Below are positions 28,071 to 42,408 of a DNA stretch of 64,000 nt, piece by piece. Every line of letters starts with the position of its first letter. Position 1 is the stretch's first letter. Where the stretch lies: assembly GCA_951406725.2 (NCBI GenBank), contig OX597831.1, forward strand, positions 32,674,001 to 32,738,000. Reading direction: 5' to 3'. The translations under genes and the position numbers were made by a program. The DNA is from Octopus vulgaris (taxonomy: Eukaryota). The notes beneath the pieces were generated by a model, which was given only the letters and a program-made list of their open reading frames with translations, ran no database searches and was not told the origin of the DNA.

Positions 28071-28381
28071 TACGACAGGCTTCTTTCAGTTTCCGTCTAC
28101 CAAATCCACTCACAAGGCTTTGGTTGGCCCGGGGCTATAGTAGAAGACACTTGACCAAGGTGCCACGCAGTGGGACTGAACCCGGAACCATGTGGCTGGT
28201 TAGCAAGCTACTTACCACACCGCCACTCCTGCGGTCTATGTAATAAATGCTTCTAAGCCAGAAATTTTCCATGGATACAATATATTTCTGTGGATCCCCA
28301 ACTTACTATTCTGCTTGCGTGGACCCCCTAAAATCTTGTATGGATGCCCTGGGTCATATGGACCCCAGTTGAGAACCACTG
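27578..28381. mobile_element. hAT (Charlie-like) MITE containing a SINE
   Basis: TIRs TAGTGGTTCTCAAC / GTTGAGAACCACTG; 8-bp TSD CCTTAGAC / CCCTAGAC. Confidence 0.85.
27791..28232 (-). mobile_element. SINE family C (tRNA head, internal microsatellite)
   Basis: Minus GCAGGAGTGGCGGTGTGGTAAG..GGTTCAGTCCCA; flanking repeat CGGTCTAT; similar to 30017-30490. Confidence 0.85.
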
Positions 28382-28545
28382 CCCTAGACCATTGAGGCCC
28401 CTAAGTAAATTAATGCACTGGGCCCTATAATATTTATTTATTGACAGCAAGCCACAAATACGTAGATCAGAACTGGATCCCTAGACCAGTCAGGCCTCTG
28501 GGTAATTGTCTAGTATACTCATGCCTTAAGATGGCCTTACGCATA

Positions 28546-28936
28546 AAAAGGAAGCACTCCGTCGGTTACGACGATGAGGGTTCCGGTTGATCCGAATCAA
28601 CGGAACAGCCTGCTCGTGAAATTAACGTATAAGTGGCTGAGCACTCCACAGACACGTGTACCCTTAACGTAGTTCTCGGGGATATTCAGCGTGACACAGA
28701 GAGTGACAAGGCCGGCCCCTTGAAATACAGGTACAACAGAAACAGGAAGTAAGAGTGAGAGAAAGTTGTGGTGAAAGAGTACAGCAGGGATCACCACCAT
28801 CCCCTGCCGGAGCCTCGTGGAGCTTTTTTAGGTGTTTTCGCTCAATAAACACTCACAACGCCCGGTCTGGGAATCGAAACCGCAATCCTATGACCGCGAG
28901 TCCGCTGCCCTAACCACTGGGCCATTGCGCCTCCAC
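28546..28936 (-). mobile_element. Full-length SINE family B
   Basis: Head almost identical to 25125; 11-bp TSD CCTTACGCATA at 28535 and 28937. Confidence 0.88.
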
Positions 28937-29429
28937 CCTTACGCATATCCTGTCTGGGAATCGAAACTACGATCTTGAAATCGTGAGTAGAACACTCTAA
29001 CCACCAGGTCACGGGCCTTCACCTTCTCTGTCGAGTAAACGATAAAAGCACACACACACACACAAACCGAAGATTTGAACCAACAGCCCGACGGTTATTA
29101 GCCGGACGCCCTAAACCACTACGCCACGCACCTCTGCCTGTTGTTTACTGTAATAATAAATCTTTTTCAGCGTTCATTAAACACAATAATAATAATGATA
29201 TGTCTTGTCTAAATTAGAAGCATTTCCACTCTGATACACACCTTCTAGTCACCAAGGAATATTTTATATAACAACATTTGTCAAAAGTGTTTTTTTTTTT
29301 AGATTTTTAAAGCAATATTTCTCTTTGTTTTTTGTTTTGTGTTTTTTATTCGTAAATAAAATAAAAAAATCAAATGGGTAAAGATTTATTGTGTTTGCTG
29401 CTGTGTGTGTATATGTGTGTGTGTGTGTG

Positions 29430-29522
<93 letters not shown>

Positions 29523-30016
29523 ACGTGTGTTTGCTGCTGCTGTGTGTGTGTGTGTACGTGTGTTTGCTGCTGTGTATGTATGTGTGTGTGTGTGTGTGTT
29601 TGCCGCTGTTGTGTGTTTTTGAGCCTGTCTAGGTGCATGTGTTTGTGTGTCTGTGTGCGTGCGTGTGTGTGCGTGCATGCGTGTGCGTGCATGTGTATGT
29701 GTGTGTGCTTGCTACTGTGTGTGCGTGAGTTTTCACAGTTGTGTATGTGTGTGAGTGTGCGTATGTATATGTATATGTGTACATTGTTATGTGCGTATAT
29801 GTGTGTGCCTAATTTTGTGTGTATGCATGCGAATATGTGCTACAGCGCGCCTATGTATGTGTGTGTATGTGTGTGTTCTGCTGTATATGTTTGTGTGTGT
29901 TAACAGCTGTGTGCGTGTGTATGTGCGTATCCTGATGTGTGTATGTGTGCCATTTCGAGTATCTACTATAATACTCGCGCACACAAACATATGTATATGT
30001 TCTTTATATATATAAA

Positions 30017-30183
30017 GGCGCAGGCGGGGCTGAGTGGCAAGAAGCTTGCTTCCCAACCACATGATTCCGGGTTCAGTCCCACTACGTGGCACCTTGGGCA
30101 AGTGTCTTCTACTATAGTTTCGGGCCGACCAAAGCCTTGTGAGTGGATTCAGTTGACGGAAACTGAAAAAAAAAGGTTGTGTC

Positions 30184-30268
<85 letters not shown>

Positions 30269-30490
30269 TGTATGTATGTATGTATGTGTTTGTGTGTCTG
30301 TTTGTCCCCACCATCTCTTCACAACCGATGCTGGTGTGTTTACATCCCCATGACATAGCGGTTCGGCAAAAGAGACCGATAGAATAAATACTAGGCTTAT
30401 AAATAATACGCCTTGGGGTCCATTTGTTCGAATAAAGACGGTGCTCCAGCATGGCCGCAGTCAAATTACTGAAACAAGTAAAAAAATAAA
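30017..30490 (+). mobile_element. SINE family C copy
   Basis: GGCGCAGG..CCGGGTTCAGTCCCAC..CCTTGGGCAAGTGTCTTC..CCAGCATGGCCGCAGTC. Confidence 0.85.
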
Positions 30491-30574
30491 CGAATATATA
30501 TGTCTAGCACATCCTTAATCTTGAACTAAAGTTGAAAGTTGAAAGTGATGTAATATTCAGTAACAGTACTTTGA

Positions 30575-30784
30575 AGTAAAGATTATTTGCCAACATAACA
30601 TGGCAGTCCTGGTTTAGGACGAATGTTGCAGTATTTTAGCCCCAGGAGACATCATCTTCAGCTGGCTATAAGGACACAGATCATGTTGTATAGCCAGCTG
30701 GAGACGATGTCTCCTGGGGCTAAATTACAGCAACATTCGTCCTAAACCAGGACTGCCATGTTATGTTGGCAAATAATCTTTACT
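30575..30784. repeat. Long inverted repeat (about 96-bp arms, about 18-nt spacer)
   Basis: AGTAAAGATTATTTGCCAAC..GGCTATA is reverse-complementary to TATAGCC..GTTGGCAAATAATCTTTACT. Confidence 0.95.
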
Positions 30785-31069
30785 CCAGAGACACGTTTGT
30801 TGAATATTTATTTCATAAAATTAATATTTCTATCATATTGGATAACTCTGTGGTGAGTAGGTTGCATTGGTGAGAAGTGACATCGGGGAAATGAATAACA
30901 CGAAAGAATATTTCTACAATCGAAAACAAACTTAGAACAAAGGAAACGAACAAAGGGAGTAACAAAGATTTGGTATGTAAGAGCCTACCTATTTCACAGT
31001 ATTGAAATAGAACTGTAACAGCAAATACGTGGTTCAACAATTTTGACAAAAACCCAAAACAAACAATTC

Positions 31070-31179
<110 letters not shown>

Positions 31180-32541
31180 ATATATATATATGTATGTATG
31201 TATATATATATATATAGTAAATTTCCCCAAAACGACAACGTGAGGATGTGGTACATGTAAAGCATTTTCAGACGCTCAGGGACGGAAAGAAAGGTGGTTT
31301 TAGGTTTCGAGCAAAGCTCTTCTTAAAAAAAAAGGAGACAGAGGAAAGACCAATAGAAAACGAAGACGAAGGAAAAAAAATCGCCAAGGATTCACATGTG
31401 GTTACAATGGATCCTCTTGTCGTGAACGACAAATGAGGGTTCAGTAAAATAAAGCAGTAATCATGTTCTATGGACACGAATGCGTCTCTTGAGACCTGGT
31501 GGTGCTTTGCAAACCTTTTGGCAAGGACTCAGTTTGCTTGAGTGATCGTGGATCATTCACTACATGTTTCTTTGAGTGGACGGCAAGGCCCGATTTGCTT
31601 CGTGCCACGAAAACCGCATTGACAGGTAAGGTTTCGTTTTAGAGATTTGGTAATGCCAACAGGAAACACAGAACTCAAACCATGAGTACATAGATGTTTT
31701 TATTAATATTAGCAGAAGCAGCAAAACGACGCACGAAACTCTCGGCTTTTGAATCACTGGTTATTTCGCATGCTTTCAACAAATGTGATATCGAAATCAC
31801 GCGCAAACGGCTCCTTTCCCCAGAAAAAGAAAGATTTGGCTGCTATTTCTTGCAACCTGCAAAATTTCAATTGTCAGATTTTACTGGAGTTTTCTCCCTT
31901 GTTCGTAATTTCAAATATTAAAGACACTCCGTGAAAGAAAGAGAGATTGAGAGAGAGAGAGAGAGAGTTTTAGTCTTGCAATTTCATAGATTATCTCAAT
32001 TATTCTCATTTAATCTAAACTTTTTAAAAACCATTGCGTTAAATTTGTGTGACCTACTGCTATGTAAATAAACAAACTCGACTCGGTTTATCTTTGAACT
32101 CAGATGTTAAAAAGAATTTCACTAAAAACTCCATGAAGGTTATTGTCCATCACTACACCGCCTTGGATCGCATTTCATTGGAATAATTAATGAAACTGTT
32201 ATATAAGTATACGAGGAATATAAACATTACGCGGAGCAAACGACAAAAATATAACCTCGAAGCAACAACAACATAAAAACGAAGGAAACAATACATATAT
32301 AAACACGAATATATATATATATATATATATCTTTATATAGTGTGTGTGTGTGTGTGTGCGTGTATGAGAAATATATTGGAAATTAATATAAAACCTGGAG
32401 AATAATAAAACATCTTCCATAAATGTTTTAGGGGAAATATTAAAGTAAGACCGAACAACCGTATATTAAATAGACACGCGTATATCACACGTATATTAAT
32501 AATGATACTCACACATATACACACATACACACACTCACACG

Positions 32542-32637
<96 letters not shown>

Positions 32638-32968
32638 CAAGAAATACGTAATAACTTCTTTCGCAAAGAGTATTTTTAATATACGCGAGAAAATAATTTA
32701 TAAATATGCGAATACGTATCTATGTATGAATGTATGTGTATATGGGTATGTATATATGTGTGTATGTGGGTATGTGTGTATGCATGTGTATATGTATGTA
32801 TGTATGTATGTGTGTATGTATGTGCGTATGTGGGTATGTGGGTATGTGTGTGTGTGCGTATGTATATCTGTGTGCATGTATATATGCGTGTATATGTATG
32901 CATATGTATGTATGCGTGTATATATACATATAAATGTACGTATATATATATATATATATATATGTACG

Positions 32969-32999
<31 letters not shown>

Positions 33000-33210
33000 G
33001 TGTGTGTGTGTGTACGTATATATATGCATTAGGTATACACGTGTCCCTTTAAGCATGTATGTAAATGTATGTATATGTGTGTGTGTGCATGTATGTATAT
33101 GTATGTATGTGTATGTGCGTGCGTGTGTGCATGTATATATGTGTGTTCCTAAAAAAGGAGCACAAATATGAAAATAATAACCGAAATGATGATGATGACG
33201 ACGACGAGAA

Positions 33211-33271
<61 letters not shown>

Positions 33272-33406
33272 AATAATAATAATTATAATTATTGTCATAA
33301 TGGAGATAATAGAAAATGAATTGAACTATAATGATGTACGACAGGAAAAATATGAGATGAAAAATGGAAGACAAATATATATCAATAATAGTAACGACAA
33401 CGACGA

Positions 33407-33444
<38 letters not shown>

Positions 33445-33566
33445 ATAATAATAATGATAGTGATGATGGTGATGATGATAATGATTGTATAATAATAAGA
33501 ACAACAGCAATGTAAAGTACAAGGGCAATTATAACAAACAAAAACAATAACAGAAATGATAATAAC

Positions 33567-33604
<38 letters not shown>

Positions 33605-33609
33605 TGATG

Positions 33610-33643
<34 letters not shown>

Positions 33644-33645
33644 TG

Positions 33646-33727
<82 letters not shown>

Positions 33728-33926
33728 TAATAATAATAATGATAATAATGATAATGATAATGACAACAAAAATAATTATAATAATGATAAAGATAATAAT
33801 AATTATAATAAATGTGATGACGATGCTGACGGCAAAAACAACACTACAACAACAACAACAACAGCAGCAGCAGTAGCAGCAACAACAATAACAACAACAG
33901 TTATAGTAATATTGACAATAATAATG

Positions 33927-34052
<126 letters not shown>

Positions 34053-34103
34053 TTGACAATAATAATAATAATAATGATAATAATAATAATAATAATAATA
34101 ATG

Positions 34104-34164
<61 letters not shown>

Positions 34165-34641
34165 TGATAATAATAAAAAGAATAATAAGTGATAACAACG
34201 ACAAAAGTAGGAATTCCATAAGAAAAATTAAAATTCGGTGAAAAAAAAATTGAGGCAAGTTATTGATGTAAATTAGCATCGTTTCCAGTGTTGTCTTGTT
34301 TGTTATTGACCATATATGGTATACGGTGATGTTGTAATTTGCTCCCTGTGTATTGCCCGTTGAGAATAAGGGCAACTAATTCATCATTTAGGGAGCGAGG
34401 AGATAGAGAAAAAGAAAAGATAGATAGGCATAAATAGATTGATGTAGATAGAGAGACAGACAGAAAGACAGATAGATAGATAGATAGATAGGTAGATAGA
34501 CAGATGGATATAGATGGATATATACCTATGTATATCAAATGTATATCAAAACGTTTTGATATACATAGGTATAAACAGATATGGCTAGATTGATTAGATC
34601 AATGCAGATACCCAGATATAGATAGATAAATAGATAAATAG

Positions 34642-34708
<67 letters not shown>

Positions 34709-34740
34709 ATACATACATATATATATATATATTTGTCTAT

Positions 34741-34783
<43 letters not shown>

Positions 34784-34990
34784 TACATATATATATACGT
34801 ATATAATATATATATATATATACACACACACACATATATATACATATATATATGTATATGCATATATATATGCATGCATATATATATACAGATATATATA
34901 TATGTATATATATACATATATATATACATATATATGTATATGCATATATATATATATAAATATATATATATACATACATATATATTTAAC

Positions 34991-35045
<55 letters not shown>

Positions 35046-35253
35046 CACATACATACATATATGTATGTATTAATGTTTCTTTTTATATTCAGTTATTTTG
35101 CATTAGCATGATAGGTAATTCTATGCTTTTGTAGTGTCATTTCGGCGATGGCTTATCCGGCCGAAACTTCGAATTCACTGTCTAATAATATTTGTGTACC
35201 TACCTACCTACCTACCTACCTACCTACCTACCTACCTACCTATAACTATATTC

Positions 35254-35332
<79 letters not shown>

Positions 35333-35537
35333 CATGGTTATACAGATAGACAGATGAAGATAAATAGTCAGAGAGATAGATGGATAAAGCGATAAGAATT
35401 TCTGCGACAAAATGAAAGAGAGAAAGAAAAGAAAATGAAGCAATAAAATTAAAGGAAAAAAATAATATAAACACAACAAAACAGTAAAAAATGACAAAAA
35501 CAAGAAATATACCTTTTAAACAGATATGTAGATATAA

Positions 35538-35656
<119 letters not shown>

Positions 35657-35662
35657 CTGTCC

Positions 35663-35764
<102 letters not shown>

Positions 35765-37032
35765 ATCTATCTATCTATCTGTCTGTCTGTCTACCAACCT
35801 ATCTATCTATCTATCTGTCTATCTATCTACGTACGTGTCTATGTGTCTATCAATCTCTCTATCAAACTATCCATCTCTCTACCTTGGTAGATACATATAT
35901 ATACACACGCATATACATACATATATGTATATGTATTCTTCTGCATAAATATATATATATATACACATTTACATACACACACACACAAACAAACACATAT
36001 CACAGAAAAATATGAAAGACAAGAAGCACATGCGACCAAAAAGCCTTCAACCAATCTACTCACCAACCATCCATCCAGCCAACCCTCCTGCCAACCAACC
36101 ACCCAACCACCCAACCATCCAACCAAGCTCCCCCAAAAACCCCCAACAAACAAACAATAAACTTTTCCACATAATTCGGCAATTTCATTGTGGACTGTAG
36201 AGCTGTTGTATCAGCAGTGAAGAGAAACACTGAATTAAAGCTGCTGTACATATGGCCAGGGGGCAACTTGTTATCGACACAAGATCAGAGCTGATAAGAG
36301 ATAACGTATGTAGATGTGTGTGCGCGTTTTGCGTACGTGCGTAACGTGCATGCGTGTGTGCGTGTGTGTATGTGTATGCGTGTGTGTGTAGGTTTTTGTT
36401 TAATTTCGTTTCGTTTTCCCTATTTGATTTGAATTATGAAAACATCTCAATGTCGGTTTTATTGAATTGGAACAAGAAGAAAAGATGAATTTGTGTGTGT
36501 ATATGCGTGTGTTTTGAGTGGTGCGCGCGTGTGTGTGTGTGTCCGTGTGTGCACGTGTGTGTTTGTGTGTATGTGTTGTATTTAGGTTGGTATGTTGTAT
36601 GCATTGTACACATTGTATTTGTATGCGTGTATACATGTATGCGTGTATGCATGTATGCATAAGTCTCTCGGTCTGTATGTATTTATGCGTGTACGTTTGT
36701 ATGTATGCATCTGTACAGTTTGCCTGTGTAGTGTATCATTTTAAACATCCGTACAAACCCACACATACGCACGTGCACACACACACACACACATAAACTT
36801 TCTCTCTCTCTCTCTCTCTCACACACACATATACACACTCACATACCTATAGACATTCGCAAATTTATGTGCAGAGACGCTCGTGTTCGTTTGTCTATGC
36901 ATGCATGTGTGTATGCGTATATGTATGTATATGTACATACTTATACATATACATACGCACACACACACAAATATATATCTATGTATACATATGTATATGT
37001 ATATTTACACACACACATACACACATATATAT

Positions 37033-37075
<43 letters not shown>

Positions 37076-37444
37076 TGTATATGTATATTTACACACATAT
37101 ATATTGTGTATATATATCGGAATGGAATATAAGAACAAAAGAAACATCGAAAGGATATTCATGGACGTATTCCATACATCTCTCACTATTTTTGCTCAAC
37201 TCAGGCCTCATCAGATGATATATTTTGCAGTTTAAGCTCCGTCGAAGCCCATTTTGTCTTTCATTCTTTTAGAGTCGATGAAATAAGTGTCAATTCGGCA
37301 GTGGGGGCAGGGGTCAATGTAATCGATTTGTTCTCTTCCAGACCGAACGTCTATAGTAGAAAAAAATATTTTGAAGACTTCCGTAGCCTAGTAGAGGACG
37401 AAACCCTCTCGGTCGAGTTAATGTTATTGGTAAAGACAGGTCAG

Positions 37445-37745
37445 ATCAGATGCGTCCTTGTAGCGCGCTGCTATATTCATCATTTCTTGGGATGTTCCTA
37501 GGTCCTTCGCGGCGACTTGTTGAGCAGAGTCCCGGTCAATCTCCATCTTCGCCAGATACCCCTTCACCTGCCGTGGTCATATCTATCATGTGCTCGATCA
37601 ACACGAGCCCCCAGCCCAGCCGGATTTTCAGTGAAGAGAACATGGTAAGCAGAGTCCAACTCGGAAAATCGCACAACACGGCCAAACAGTCCGAACTGGC
37701 ACTCTCGAATCATACAAGTAACAGAACGGTTCACAGTTTCTGAGT
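37445..37745 (-). mobile_element. RTE-type LINE 3' fragment
   Basis: LFGRVVRFSELDSAYHVLF..RQVKGYLAKMEIDRDSA..AKD resembles the RTE ORF C-terminus (LFGHVAR..W.RQ). Confidence 0.55.
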
Positions 37746-37859
37746 AGAGTTGCTAGTTGGACGAACTAGTACATTTATAGGTTCATTGGACAAGAGTGTT
37801 TGCCACTATCGATATCTGAGCAGGTAAAAACATTCAACACGAAATTGAAGCTCAACCAA

Positions 37860-38220
37860 AGCTAACGGATGATACGGATTCCCGTCATTGTAATGTGACT
37901 AAATGCATCTCGATTGCGGCTGTTTAAAGAAAACGTGTATCGGGTACCGTTTCTGCCACCAGTGAATGTCATTGACAATTTTATTGTTGCTTGCCTGGGT
38001 ATTTGGTATAAGAATTGTATCTGTGGATAAATCTGCATACGAATTCATGAAACGTCTCTCAAATTCTGTGGGAAAAAGACCAGATCTCACAAAGCAAAGG
38101 TTAAAAACAGCCGAGAAGAGTTCGAACTGGAGGAATGGAAATGAATTTCTAATCGCATAATTTACCTTTCGTTCAACTGGTGTCTTGGATCGAAAAGGTT
38201 ACACCAAAGGTACCTTGGCT
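37860..38220 (-). pseudogene. Decayed LINE RT fragment (CR1/Jockey-like)
   Basis: NSYADLST..IVNDIHWW..KQPQSRCI is a degenerate YADD..DL..W..N..KS motif. Confidence 0.45.
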
Positions 38221-38485
38221 CCACTAAGGAAGATTCAGATTGTCATACACACAGTTGCACACGGGTATCCAGTACAGCGTATCTGGATGCAACCCGGCTC
38301 CCTTAGAGTGTGACGAGTTCAGAGCTGGAACACTTGTATGTTGTGTGTCTGTGGGTGGGGGTCGGAGTTTCTTCTTCTCTGAAGGCCTTCTACTTTTCAT
38401 CTCGCTCAACAACTTCTTAGTGCAGAAGAAAATGGAGATACAGCATTTAATAAAGATTTATTATCAGCAAAAATCAAACATAGTT

Positions 38486-38564
38486 TCTTACAGCTGTTTC
38501 AATTAAGCCCAATAAAGATTAAATAATATTAAAATCATCTTTTTGGGCAAAATCTCTTCAGAGG
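38486..38564 (-). ncRNA. Hammerhead ribozyme-like motif with long stem II
   Basis: TCT-CTGAAGA-GATTTTGCCC..GGGCTTAATT-GAAAC-AGCT-GTA-AGA on the minus strand. Confidence 0.5.
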
Positions 38565-38658
38565 CGTAGAAAAAGATATACCCTTAGGCCTTTCATTGTT
38601 GTACCATAGTCATCACTGCATGTATATATATATATATATATATGTGTGTATGTATATA

Positions 38659-39943
38659 CTAGGTCATCTCATAAGTTCTGTCTGATTTTACCTTTTTTAA
38701 AACTGAATGAAATATAATAGTATTTTAGAATGTCTAGCACAATTAAAAATTATTTTTATACTTTTGTGTACATTTAAACTAATTAAATATTATTTTACAG
38801 AATAATAGAATTAAAATTTCTTTGATTAAAACCCTTTCTAACATGGAAGTATCCAAAGAGCATTTAAGGCACATAATGCTTTATGGGTACAAAAAGGAAA
38901 CTCTGCAGCCGAAGCGACCCGAAACATGCACTCAGTTTATGGGAAAGAATGCTTGAATGAAAGAACTTGCAGAAGATGGCTTGCAAAATTCAGAAGTTGA
39001 GATTTCAGCCTTGAAGATGAAGATCGAACAGGACGTTCAGTTGAGTTTGATGATAAGCTCCTCGAGGCATTACTTGAAGAATATCCTTCATAATCAGTTG
39101 AAGAATTGGCAATAAAGCTTAGTTCAAACCATACAACTGTTCATCGTCATCTTCAATAACTTAGAAAGGTTCATAAACTTGGAAAATGAGTGCCTCATGA
39201 AATGTCCGAAAGCAACTGCAAGTCACGAGTTGACATCTGCTCATCTCTCCATTCTCGCGAATTCATTTCACCATTTTTGGATAGACTTGTGATTGGTGAC
39301 GAAAAATGGATCTTCTATTGAAATGTTTAACGTCGTAAATTGTGGCTTGGTAAAAGGGAAAAAGCCCAAACACAACCGAGAAGGAAACTTCATGGGAAAA
39401 AGGTTCTTCTCCCTATTTGGTGGGATTACAGAGGAGTAATTCACTTTGAATTATTACCACCAAATGCAACAATCAATGCTCAAGTCTACCGTCAGCAATT
39501 AGAGCGTTTGAACCAATATTTGAAGAAAAAGTGACCCGCTTTAGTGAATCGAAAAGGAGTGATGCTTCATCAGGACAATGTGCGACCCCACACTGCAAAG
39601 ATCACATCACAGAAGATCGAAGAGCTTGGTTGGGAAAATTCCTCATCCACCTTATTCTCCTGACCTTGCTCCTTCAGACTACCATTTGTTTCGTAGTTTA
39701 CAGAATCATTTGAGGGACATAACTTTCGCAAGCCAGGAGGAGGTTGAAACTGACATTTCAGAGTTCTTCGCTTTGAAACCAAAATAGTTTTACATTGATG
39801 GCATTGAAAGGCTTGTAAATAGATGGAAGGAAGTCATAGATAATCAGGGAAAGTACAGTGATGATTAAATTTCAATTAAATATAACATTTGATCACTTGT
39901 TTTCTTTATTCAAAATTCGGACAGAACTTATGGGATGACCTGA
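38659..39943 (+). mobile_element. Full-length mariner (DD34D) transposon, inactivated
   Basis: TIRs CTAGGTCATCTCATAAGTTCTGTC / GACAGAACTTATGGGATGACCTGA, TA TSDs, about 1.28 kb. Confidence 0.95.
38843..39868 (+). pseudogene. Mariner transposase pseudogene
   Basis: MEVSKEHLRHIML..*VPHE..GDEKW..HQDNVRPH..HPPYSPDLAPSDYHLF; several stops and frameshifts. Confidence 0.93.
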
Positions 39944-40018
39944 TATATATATATATATATATATATAGAATATTAACACTGACATGTTTATATATATATA
40001 AAATTTTAACACTGACAT

Positions 40019-40076
<58 letters not shown>

Positions 40077-40231
40077 GAGTAGTTGAATGAATTATCTTAT
40101 TATGGATAATTCGGTTAACCGATACCTGGGTAGCAAATTCACGTCAGAAAAACACGGTTGAAGCTACATGCCTAGGGCAGAGATCACGTACTATCGTGTG
40201 GAAATTTGTGTGTTTTTTTAAATACAAATGA

Positions 40232-40692
40232 ATGAAAGAATGGAGTTGAACGACGAATTAACAAAATTCCTTTATTTTATTTTCGACATATGTTTTGAAG
40301 GCTGCATATTCCTAATTTCGAAGGAATAAGGGGTGCATTATGCCGCCTTCTCATCAGGAAAAGCAAGGAACTTATGTCAGCATCAAGATGCACAAAAACT
40401 TTTAGATGACTGCCCACACGGAGCCCATAGCGATAATGAGTGTTTCTTTAAAATATTCCTCCGTTATAAGCAGTGGCATATAAGAAACACTCAGTATCGC
40501 TATGGGCTCCGTGTGGGCAGTCATCTAAAAGTTTTTGTGCATCTTGATGCTGACATAAGTTCCTTGCTTTTCCTGATGAGAAGGCGGCATAATGCACCCC
40601 TTATTCCTTCGAAATTAGGAATATGCAGCCTTCGAAACATATGTCGAAAATAAAATAAAGGAATTTTGTTAATTCAACGTTCAACTCCATTC

Positions 40693-40698
<6 letters not shown>
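40232..40698. repeat. Foldback palindrome (about 217-bp arms) of Penelope pLTR-like sequence
   Basis: Arms 40232-40448 and 40482-40698 are near-perfect reverse complements and carry a hammerhead motif. Confidence 0.95.
40568..40650 (+). ncRNA. Type I hammerhead ribozyme
   Basis: Stem I TTTTC/GAAAA; CTGATGA; stem II GAAGGC..GCCTTC with internal TATTCCT/AGGAATA; GAAAC-ATAT-GTC. Confidence 0.8.
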
Positions 40699-40739
<41 letters not shown>

Positions 40740-40992
40740 TAATAACGGTATAAATTGATATTAATCAATTAAAACCAGTGGCCTAGCATATTAAAGAAAT
40801 CCGAAGATTAAAATATTTTTACATACAAAATTTAAAGGACTGACCACTAAAAGTGGACGGTCAACACGCTAGATATAGACGTCAAAATTGCTATTTTCCA
40901 CGAAGAATGTGTTCTCAAATAAAAACTCAGCACAAACCAAAGCGTAAAAAATAAGCAAGACAAATGAAAATATACGAAATAATAACGATTAC

Positions 40993-41067
40993 CTATGTAC
41001 CGATCAGTTTCAATTGTTAATATCCATGCATATGGATACGTGGAAATCTGCAAGCTCATCAGCATAG
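40993..41067 (-). ncRNA. Type I hammerhead ribozyme
   Basis: CTATG-CTGATGA-GCTTG..CAATT-GAAAC-TGATCG-GTA-CATAG; base of stem II imperfect. Confidence 0.65.
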
Positions 41068-41103
41068 TCTGTCGTATACAAACATAATTTCCAGGACTAG
41101 ATA

Positions 41104-41155
<52 letters not shown>

Positions 41156-41162
41156 TTAGTAG

Positions 41163-41460
41163 TAAGTTTGAAAACGGAGAGCTCTAATGGATACAAATTA
41201 ATTAATTAATTATTTAAGTAACATCTTCACCTACAATTGTTTCATTTCGCATCCAATTTAAACTAAAAATAAGATATATAAAAATATAATCTTGCCTTTC
41301 AAAATACCTTGGGTGGAAAATCATCAATGCAAGATTATATATTTATATATGCTTTCTTTTTAGTTTAAACTGGATGCGAAATGAAACAATTGTAGGTGAA
41401 GTTGTTTATTAATTAATAAATTTAATTTGCATCCATTAGAGCACTCTGTTTTCAAACTTA
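41163..41460. repeat. Diverged foldback palindrome containing the hammerhead 3' half GAAACAATTGTA
   Basis: TAAGTTTGAAAAC..ATAATCTTGC mirrored by GCAAGATTAT..GTTTTCAAACTTA. Confidence 0.85.
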
Positions 41461-41590
41461 ATAATATTTGAAATTTTATCAGACAATATTATACCTTTTG
41501 GGAATCAGGACGATCCCGGGATCGAAAATCTGCCTTTCATTTATTCGGTCCTTGAACATCCAGCATTAAGATCTGCTTGAAAAGCATTTG

Positions 41591-41744
<154 letters not shown>

Positions 41745-41754
41745 TATATATATG

Positions 41755-42408
<654 letters not shown>

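Noticed and set aside
31440-31632. Possible exon ending at CAG|GTAAGG
   Set aside because: Only a short open frame, no recognisable protein and no partner exons.
37170-37220. CTGATGAGGCC hammerhead start on the minus strand
   Set aside because: GAAA and stem III are decayed; not called as a ribozyme.
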